Of a DNA stretch of 64,000 nucleotides, positions 57,380 to 64,000 are shown piece after piece. The stretch covers positions 66-64,065 of the IMG/VR virus record IMGVR_UViG_3300014309_000025; one strand, written 5' to 3'. Both the position numbers and the translations under genes were made by a program. The DNA is from a virus. Each line of letters starts with the position of its first letter. Position 1 is the first letter of the stretch. The notes beneath the pieces are model-generated. The model saw only the letters and a list, made by a program, of their open reading frames with translations. It had not been told where the DNA came from and did not search any database.

Positions 57380-58540
57380 ATGATTAAAAAGAAAGTAGTT
57401 AAAAAACTGAACCGGGCGATAACTGATAATGAAGTAGCCAAGAAGTACCCCGGTTCAGGAATGGCTAATGAAATATTCGTATTACCTAAGGATGCCCTTT
57501 GGTTACCCAGTAAACACTTATACTTAAATTATACCCTAGGGGGCGGAGTTCCCTATGGTAAAGTATTAGAGGTATTCGGGGGTGAGAGCTCAGGAAAAAC
57601 TTTGGTGTCAATGGATTTTGGTAGTGTAGCCCACTCATTGGGAGGAGTAGTTATATTTAATGATGCAGAACAATCCTTTGACCCACACTGGGCAGAACTT
57701 AACGGTTTAGACCTATCCCGTACAGTAATATGGAATGAAACATCAATTGAAAAGATCTCAGACTGGTTAGCTGATATGTGCATAACATGGAGAAGTAAGT
57801 TAGTTAACAATGAACCAATTGTTTTTATACAGGATTCAATTGCTGCTTTGGATTGCGAAGCTAATATAAATTCCCCACAATTTGATGCTAAGGCAGAAAT
57901 GGGTAACAGGGCAAAAGCCATATACAAAATGCTCAGGATAAGGAATCAAATGATGGCTGAGTTAGGTGTAATATCTATATTCATAAATCAACTTAGGGCT
58001 AAAGTTGGTGCCAGTAAATTTGAGGATCCAAATGAAACACCCGGGGGTAAAGCTATGAGGTTTTATGCTGGGCAGAGATTAGCCTTCTTTCAGAAAAAGC
58101 AGATTAAAGTTGGGGACGATTGGGTAGGGAATGAGGTATCAGTAAGAGTTAAGAAAAATAAAGTAGCACCACCAAGACCTTCATTTTCAACTGAGATTTA
58201 CTTTAATGAGGAACATGGTAAGGTTGGTTTTGATAAATATTCTAATCTTGCAGAATTATTTGACCGCACAGGAGTAGTAATTAAGAAAGGTGGGGGCTCA
58301 TATTACATGAGGGATGAGGATGAACGATTGGTTAAGATTGTAAGGGGTGAGGATGAGTTCAATGAAAAATTGCAAAATGACTCAGAGCTTAGGTCAAAGC
58401 TATTAAAATTATCCAAGGTTAACACTATATCTCAAACAAGGAAGAAAATAGAAAGGATAGATGTTAACAGGTACAAAGTGAAAACTAAGGTTGTTAAAAA
58501 ACAAAAGGAAGTAATTACAGAAGATGAGCAACCCGAGTGA
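57380..58540 (+). CDS. recA: RecA/UvsX recombinase
   Basis: GGVPYGKVLEVFGGESSGKT, DAEQS, DSIAAL, INQLR, TPGGKAMRFY and KNKVAPP. Confidence 0.95.
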   Translation: MIKKKVVKKLNRAITDNEVAKKYPGSGMANEIFVLPKDALWLPSKHLYLNYTLGGGVPYGKVLEVFGGESSGKTLVSMDFGSVAHSLGGVVIFNDAEQSFDPHWAELNGLDLSRTVIWNETSIEKISDWLADMCITWRSKLVNNEPIVFIQDSIAALDCEANINSPQFDAKAEMGNRAKAIYKMLRIRNQMMAELGVISIFINQLRAKVGASKFEDPNETPGGKAMRFYAGQRLAFFQKKQIKVGDDWVGNEVSVRVKKNKVAPPRPSFSTEIYFNEEHGKVGFDKYSNLAELFDRTGVVIKKGGGSYYMRDEDERLVKIVRGEDEFNEKLQNDSELRSKLLKLSKVNTISQTRKKIERIDVNRYKVKTKVVKKQKEVITEDEQPE

Positions 58541-59408
58541 CATACTTATCCTGGATGGTAATCATTTAGCTTACCGGGCTTATTATAAGTTTTCTAACCT
58601 GAAAACTATGGACGGGAAAAAGACTTCTATTATATTTGGTATGCCTTATATAATAGAGTCTTTACTACGTAAACATAAACCTGGTAAGGTAGTATTAGCA
58701 TTTGATGGGGGTAGCCACACTTCCAGGTTAACCCTTTTACCCACATATAAAAAGAGAGACCATAAATTAAACTTTGATTCTGAAGATTTCTTTAAACAAA
58801 AGGATATTGCCCGGGATTTGCTTAGGGATTTAGGTATACCCATTATATGGAAAAAAGGGTTTGAGGCTGATGATCTAATAGCTATGTTATCCTTAAGAGA
58901 AAGTCGGAAAGAAAAATTTGTAACCATAGTATCCGGTGACAAGGACTTCAACCAACTAATAGATGGGTTCACCACTGTATGGAACTCCCAAAATGGCGAG
59001 AGGTATAATAAGATAAACCTTAAACATAAAGTAGGATACCACCCGGAACAGTGCGTAGATTACCTTTGCTTAACCGGAGACCACTCGGATAACATTCCGG
59101 GGTATGGGGGTATAGGTGAAAAACGTGCGATTGAATTTTTAGATATGTACCCTAGTATCCGGGAGTATTTAAAGAGTGGGCAGAAATATAAGTCTATTGA
59201 TAATAATAAACTAGCAGCAGTATATAAGACCAACAGGCAGCTTATTGACCTAGGGTATTTCTATAGGCATTTTATGGTTAAGGAAAATATACCTTGGTTA
59301 TATAAGGAGCCTGAAATAAACCTTAACTCAGTTAGGTTTATAGCTAAGTCTTATGAAGTAGGTACTTTTAATAAACCAGATTTCTTAAAAACATTCACTA
59401 GCTTATGA
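58524..59408 (+). CDS. 5'-3' exonuclease / flap endonuclease
   Basis: ILDGNHLAYR, YKKR, EADDLI, SGDKDFNQL and GDHSDNIPGYGGIGEK. Confidence 0.93.
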   Translation: MSNPSDILILDGNHLAYRAYYKFSNLKTMDGKKTSIIFGMPYIIESLLRKHKPGKVVLAFDGGSHTSRLTLLPTYKKRDHKLNFDSEDFFKQKDIARDLLRDLGIPIIWKKGFEADDLIAMLSLRESRKEKFVTIVSGDKDFNQLIDGFTTVWNSQNGERYNKINLKHKVGYHPEQCVDYLCLTGDHSDNIPGYGGIGEKRAIEFLDMYPSIREYLKSGQKYKSIDNNKLAAVYKTNRQLIDLGYFYRHFMVKENIPWLYKEPEINLNSVRFIAKSYEVGTFNKPDFLKTFTSL

Positions 59409-60013
59409 GCACCTTTAGAAAACTTTGGGAGCAAGCAAAACCAAAACTTTGTTCCTGGCCTATAGTAACTCCCCAAGAAATTAAAATAACGGGAACACCT
59501 TCACCCGATATTACCATAAATTGGGATACCCTAAGAAGTATGGGGGGATTAACTGCTGAAGAAGCATGGGATAATCTAACAAGAAAACTAGACGATGAAG
59601 AACCCAAACTATATGACGACCAGCTTAGGCATTTCTTTGATAACCTATGGCGTTGGAAGTTTGGGTTACCTGAGAAAAGCGAGGATGGTTATCATCCTTA
59701 CGGGAAAGCAAAAGACTTGGATAACATACCTAAATGTCAATACAGTGGGGAATTTACCAAGCTGATGAATAACCGAATGATAATGGGTTATTTTAGGTAT
59801 GGTGATAAAAGTAACCCCTCCCAAAGAAAAACCTTTGATTACATAAAATCCATTGAAAGAAGGTTGGCTATCTATAAAGAAGAGGGTAACACTGAGCAAT
59901 TAATAGACATTGCCAATATGTGCAGGATGGAGTTTGAACACCCTCAACATTCAAAAGCCCACTTTAAAAGTACAGATGACATAAACCATACACATCCTAG
60001 TGACATTAAATGA
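59405..60013 (+). CDS. hypothetical protein, possible MazG-like nucleotide pyrophosphohydrolase
   Basis: C-terminal RMIMGYFRYG...GNTEQLIDIANMCRMEF resembles all-alpha dNTP diphosphohydrolase domains. Confidence 0.45.
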   Translation: MSTFRKLWEQAKPKLCSWPIVTPQEIKITGTPSPDITINWDTLRSMGGLTAEEAWDNLTRKLDDEEPKLYDDQLRHFFDNLWRWKFGLPEKSEDGYHPYGKAKDLDNIPKCQYSGEFTKLMNNRMIMGYFRYGDKSNPSQRKTFDYIKSIERRLAIYKEEGNTEQLIDIANMCRMEFEHPQHSKAHFKSTDDINHTHPSDIK

Positions 60014-60978
60014 GTAAACTAATAGGAATAGCTACGGGGGATTTCCACCTTAACAACTGGAAGCAATTCAACCCCAAGGGAAAAAGGTTAAAACAAAATC
60101 TCGACATGGTTCGGGATTTTATTATATTATCTAACGACCGTAAAGTACCCATCTGGTTTACTGGGGATTTTTTGCATACTCCTGATTTTATAAGTAATAA
60201 ACTCCTTGATGCTATAACCGAAACATTACAGGGGTTATTTGAGAAATACCCTAATGCAAAAATGTACGCTATAACAGGTAATCACGATCAATCCGAAAGC
60301 AATACATTAACCACACCTTCTCCGTCTTATATAAAGTCATTAAGCAGAGTAATACCCAATATAATTTGTATTGATTATAAAAGTGTCCTAACTAAAGGGG
60401 TAATGTTACATGGTATACCTTACCTAGACCATAACAGGGGTTTTGAGGAAGCCATTAAAAACAATTGGTTAGAGCCTGGTTTAAAACACATACTAATGAT
60501 CCATACAAATTTGTACGGTGCGACTGACCCTAGTGGTTATGAAGTATCCAGTGTAGAAAATATCCCCCGGAATATGGGTAAATTTTTTAAGGACTTCGAT
60601 ATGGTATTATCCGGGCATATACATAAAACAAAAGAGCTATGGCCTAACAAAGTATACATGGTGGGATCACCCTGTCAACAAAGAAAATCTGATATGGGTT
60701 GTAAGATGTGCTACCTGGAAATATATGAAGACCTAAAAGTAAAGACAGTAGAAACCAATTACCCAGAATTTAGGTATTACGATGGGGATAAACCCCCGGA
60801 TGATTTTAATTACTGGATGCCTAAACCTAAGAAAAAAGAAAACAAAATAGAGGTAATAAAAACCTTTAATAATACACTAAGCAGACGGGATATAGTAGAT
60901 AGTTACTTTGATGTAAAAGGTATTGACAGTAATATTAAGAAAAAGTTTTTGATGGACTTACTAAACAGCGTAGAATGA
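60010..60978 (+). CDS. Mre11/SbcD-like metallophosphoesterase nuclease
   Basis: GDFH, GDFLH, GNHD, SGHIH and VGSP. Confidence 0.9.
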   Translation: MSKLIGIATGDFHLNNWKQFNPKGKRLKQNLDMVRDFIILSNDRKVPIWFTGDFLHTPDFISNKLLDAITETLQGLFEKYPNAKMYAITGNHDQSESNTLTTPSPSYIKSLSRVIPNIICIDYKSVLTKGVMLHGIPYLDHNRGFEEAIKNNWLEPGLKHILMIHTNLYGATDPSGYEVSSVENIPRNMGKFFKDFDMVLSGHIHKTKELWPNKVYMVGSPCQQRKSDMGCKMCYLEIYEDLKVKTVETNYPEFRYYDGDKPPDDFNYWMPKPKKKENKIEVIKTFNNTLSRRDIVDSYFDVKGIDSNIKKKFLMDLLNSVE

Positions 60979-62852
60979 TAAAGATAAAGGAAATGGAAAT
61001 AGAGGGATATGCCTCACTGAAACATATAGTTTTTAATTGGGATCAGGAAGGTCTGAATGTTATTCAAGCCCCTAATGGTAGTGGTAAATCCAAATTGATA
61101 TCCTCACTGATTTGGATACTTTACGGTAAACCCCTTTCAGGATCTGTTACTCCTTGGGAATCCCTTCAGGTTGATGGTTATAAAGGCACAAAAGGGACAA
61201 TTAAAGTTAGGTCAGGTAAAACATTATACCAAATAATAAGGTGTAAGGATTACAAGGGTGAAGTGTTGGGGGCTAAAGGGAAAGATAGGTTAATTATAAC
61301 CCAGAAGGTGGGAGACAACTTTGAAGAGGTACCCATTGATAAAAAGAAAGGGGATAAACAAAAATATATAGATAGCTTAATGGGTTATTCCTTTGAGCTG
61401 TTTAAGAACTCAATAATATTTGGACAGAAGTTAAAAAAATTAATATCAGAATCAGGCCCTAATAAAAAGAAGGTTCTTGATGAAGCATTTGAGGTATTAT
61501 GGATTACCAACGCAAAGAAGGCAGCTGAGGAAAGGCTAACTAAAGTAAAGCTGGAGATATATAAGGTAGACCCATTGATTGATTCCCTCCAGGTAAGAAT
61601 AATGAGTGAAGAGAAATTACTTAAGTCCCTTAAGGTAGAAAAAGCAGAGAGGGCTAAAAATACTAAGGTTCTAATTGACCAATTAAACCTAGAGATAAAG
61701 GACTTAAAGAAAACCCTTAAAGATTACCAATCAAAGGCTGATCTAATACCTAATCATAATGATAGGGTATCTAAGTTGCATAAGAAAATAGAGAGTATTA
61801 ACCAACAGAAAAGGGGCAAGGAAAAATCACTAAGAAAGGAGTCTATTAAACTGGAGTCTGACAAAACATTTAATAACAGGTCTATCACAGAACTTAGAGA
61901 TAGCCTATTAGAGTTGGAAAAGTCTCTAAGTGTTTTACCTAAATATTGCCCTAGGTGTAAAAAGCCCTTTTCAAAATCAGAAAGGGATGAGGAGGGTAAA
62001 ACCATAGAGTCAGAAATAAAGGGAAAAGAACTATCTATATTAGACTTAGAAGCAGATATTAAAGAGATAGTCTTAGGTATAACTGCTAATAAAAAAGGGT
62101 ATTCTAGTTTAAGTAAATTTACTGAAGAAGTAGAATTACTTAGTAAAGAGAAAAATGCACTAGAAAACAAGATTTCTAACTACCTAGAATTTAAGGACCA
62201 GATACCCATTATAAAGAAAAAGATTTTTGATAAGGAAACCCAGATACATGATATTAACAAGGACTCTGATGAAAATAATATTCCCAAATTAGAGAAGTCT
62301 ATAGCAGATCTTAAAAATGAGCTTAAGCCAATTGAGATAAACTTTATTAAACTTAAAAGGCAAAAGAAATTATTACAGTGGGCTATTAATGAACCTTTGT
62401 CAAACTCGGGATTCAAGGTATACATATTTGATACTATGCTTGACAAGGTAAATGATAGGTTAGAGTATTATTCGGACTTCGTTGGATTCAAGATAATATT
62501 TGCAGTAGACCTAATTGGTAAAAATAAAGACATAAATACCTACATAATTAAAAACGAGGAGGTATGCCCCTACGAAGATTTATCGGGGGGTCAACAACAA
62601 TCTGTAGATATTGCAACCATTTTCGCTATCCATGATGTGGTAACTGAAAATAAATCTTGTAACCTACTTTTAATGGATGAGGTATTTGAAAGCCTGGATT
62701 CTTCAAACATAGAATTAGTAACCGAGTTAATCCAGGAAAAATCAAAAGATAAATGCTTATACCTAGTAACCCACAGGTCTGAGTTTATACCTACTCATTC
62801 CAACATTATTCATATAGATTATAAAAATGGTATAAGCTCCATAGCTCAATAA
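60975..62852 (+). CDS. Rad50/SbcC-like ATPase
   Basis: APNGSGKS, zinc hook CPRC, LSGGQ, MDEVFESLD and VTH. Confidence 0.93.
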   Translation: MIKIKEMEIEGYASLKHIVFNWDQEGLNVIQAPNGSGKSKLISSLIWILYGKPLSGSVTPWESLQVDGYKGTKGTIKVRSGKTLYQIIRCKDYKGEVLGAKGKDRLIITQKVGDNFEEVPIDKKKGDKQKYIDSLMGYSFELFKNSIIFGQKLKKLISESGPNKKKVLDEAFEVLWITNAKKAAEERLTKVKLEIYKVDPLIDSLQVRIMSEEKLLKSLKVEKAERAKNTKVLIDQLNLEIKDLKKTLKDYQSKADLIPNHNDRVSKLHKKIESINQQKRGKEKSLRKESIKLESDKTFNNRSITELRDSLLELEKSLSVLPKYCPRCKKPFSKSERDEEGKTIESEIKGKELSILDLEADIKEIVLGITANKKGYSSLSKFTEEVELLSKEKNALENKISNYLEFKDQIPIIKKKIFDKETQIHDINKDSDENNIPKLEKSIADLKNELKPIEINFIKLKRQKKLLQWAINEPLSNSGFKVYIFDTMLDKVNDRLEYYSDFVGFKIIFAVDLIGKNKDINTYIIKNEEVCPYEDLSGGQQQSVDIATIFAIHDVVTENKSCNLLLMDEVFESLDSSNIELVTELIQEKSKDKCLYLVTHRSEFIPTHSNIIHIDYKNGISSIAQ

Positions 62853-62893
62853 GTCTAGTAAGGCAACCTACTATTTTTCTTAAATAACCTTAC

Positions 62894-63451
62894 ATGAACT
62901 CAAAAAAGAAAGGAAATCGCAATGAGAGAAAAACTGCAAAGCTTTTTGAGACGTGGACCGGTTACCCATTCGAAAGAGTCCCTTCTTCTGGGGGTTTAAG
63001 GTGGGCTAAAAAATCAGATACAGTTGGTGATATAATCTGTACAGATGAACACCATTCAAGGTACTTCACCTTTTCTATTGAATGTAAGGCACATGCAGAA
63101 ATTAACTTTAGTGAATTACTACTTCCCAATAAAGGCGTTAAAATCTTAGAGTTCTGGTCCCAAGCTTGCGAGGATGCAACCAGAGCAAACCGGATACCCA
63201 TACTACTAATGAGGTTTAATGGTATGCCAAGTGATTTTTACTTTGTAGTATTAAGTTCGGATTACGTAGATTACCTTAACTACCACGATAACGATGGGAC
63301 TAGGTTTGTAATAAGTAACGTCCTAGAATACCTAGGGGATAAAATGGCTATAAGGATATTCCCTTCTACCGACTTATTTAAATGGCCCTATGGGGGTAAT
63401 GGTGGAGTACATAAATTAAATAAAGCCTATATAAAAAATGGTAAAACCTAG
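62894..63451 (+). CDS. Holliday junction resolvase (PD-(D/E)XK)
   Basis: SKKKGNRNER...RVPSSGG...GDI...SIECK. Confidence 0.85.
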   Translation: MNSKKKGNRNERKTAKLFETWTGYPFERVPSSGGLRWAKKSDTVGDIICTDEHHSRYFTFSIECKAHAEINFSELLLPNKGVKILEFWSQACEDATRANRIPILLMRFNGMPSDFYFVVLSSDYVDYLNYHDNDGTRFVISNVLEYLGDKMAIRIFPSTDLFKWPYGGNGGVHKLNKAYIKNGKT

Positions 63452-64000
63452 AGTATGGCTAGTTGCCTACATAAACCGGGACTACATTGAAAGTGTAGAG
63501 GATGACTTATTAAAGTATGGCTTTAAAGACATCAGAGCTTACATACCCACAGTAAGGATTTTAAAGAAGCAGTTTAAGGGAAGGAATATATATGAGAAGG
63601 TACCCTTATTATTCAACTATGGGTTCTTTCAACTAAACTTTGATAAGGCTTGCGATGCAACATACCTTATGTTACTTAAGAACCGAATACCCGCAATATT
63701 TGGGTGGGTAAAGGATCCTTTTGGGGTAATATCCAAAAAACCTAAACTGCAGCCCGATAATAAATCGGGTAACCTGGAAGCGGCTTCAGCTACTGAAAAA
63801 GAAATATCTGACTTATTATTAACAAGTGAACACTTATCGGTATTTTCAGATGAGGTAGTAGACCAACTAGAAGTGGGGGGCTTCTTAATACTTAAAGGCT
63901 ACCCTTATGAAAATATGCCCGCAGAAGTAGTCTCAGTTAGTAAGGCTAAGAAAGAAGTTAAGGTAAGGCTTTTATTAGAAACACTTATATCAGAAGTAAC
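63438..64000 (+). CDS. NusG/UpxY-family transcription antitermination factor, 3'-truncated
   Basis: Translated by hand from ATG 63438: WLVAYI...AYIPTVRI...VPLLFNYGFF...IFGWV (NGN domain), then LEVGGFLILKGYPYENMPAEVVSV...VKVRL (KOW). Not in the ORF track. Confidence 0.8.
   Translation, partial: MVKPRVWLVAYINRDYIESVEDDLLKYGFKDIRAYIPTVRILKKQFKGRNIYEKVPLLFNYGFFQLNFDKACDATYLMLLKNRIPAIFGWVKDPFGVISKKPKLQPDNKSGNLEAASATEKEISDLLLTSEHLSVFSDEVVDQLEVGGFLILKGYPYENMPAEVVSVSKAKKEVKVRLLLETLISEV

Noticed and set aside
10897-58540. Introns or inteins in TerL, PolA, the helicases or RecA
   Set aside because: The proteins are of normal length with contiguous motifs; no homing endonuclease or splicing motifs were seen.
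9454-63201. Many short antisense ORFs in the track (for example 15530..16066, 26604..26894, 57553..57927, 61754..62170)
   Set aside because: They are shadows of conserved plus-strand genes, with no motifs or expression signals.
1-64000. Stop-codon reassignment, as in some Bacteroidota phages
   Set aside because: Core genes are full length in the standard code, and TAG, TGA and TAA all occur as real stops.
1-64000. tRNA or rRNA genes, integrase, prophage boundary
   Set aside because: No cloverleaf-like sequence was recognised in the few intergenic gaps, and no integrase or host housekeeping context is present. A tRNAscan run would be needed to be sure.

Overview
This 64 kb window is a large part of the genome of a tailed dsDNA phage with a contractile tail (myovirus). 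Its host is very probably in the Bacteroidota, judged from TTG-N20-TAnnTTTG promoters, A-rich leaders without Shine-Dalgarno sites, and signal peptides that leave Gln at +1. From left to right it contains: (1) a repeat-rich, largely non-coding segment (1.5-3.8 kb) around a 1.2 kb AT-rich gene island almost free of GG/CC dinucleotides; (2) a minus-strand accessory operon (metacaspase, ThyA, beta-barrel protein, Nudix, DUF1643); (3) a C5-methyltransferase-like gene, an amidase and a spanin candidate; (4) a full morphogenesis module (terminase, portal, protease/scaffold, capsid, neck, sheath, tube, frameshifted chaperone, tape measure, baseplate, fibres); (5) a sigma-like gene; (6) a replication, recombination and nucleotide module (DnaB, primase, SF2 helicase, dCTPase-like protein, two dCMP-type thymidylate-synthase paralogs, GroES, PolA, UvsY, SSB, RecA, 5'-3' exonuclease, Mre11/Rad50, resolvase, NusG paralog). 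The best candidate for an undescribed system is a cytosine-modification pathway coupled to genome-wide GG/CC enrichment and one sharply bounded GG/CC-free, host-promoter-driven island. Signal-peptide-bearing baseplate and fibre proteins are a second candidate. All calls come from reading motifs by eye; no database searches were run.
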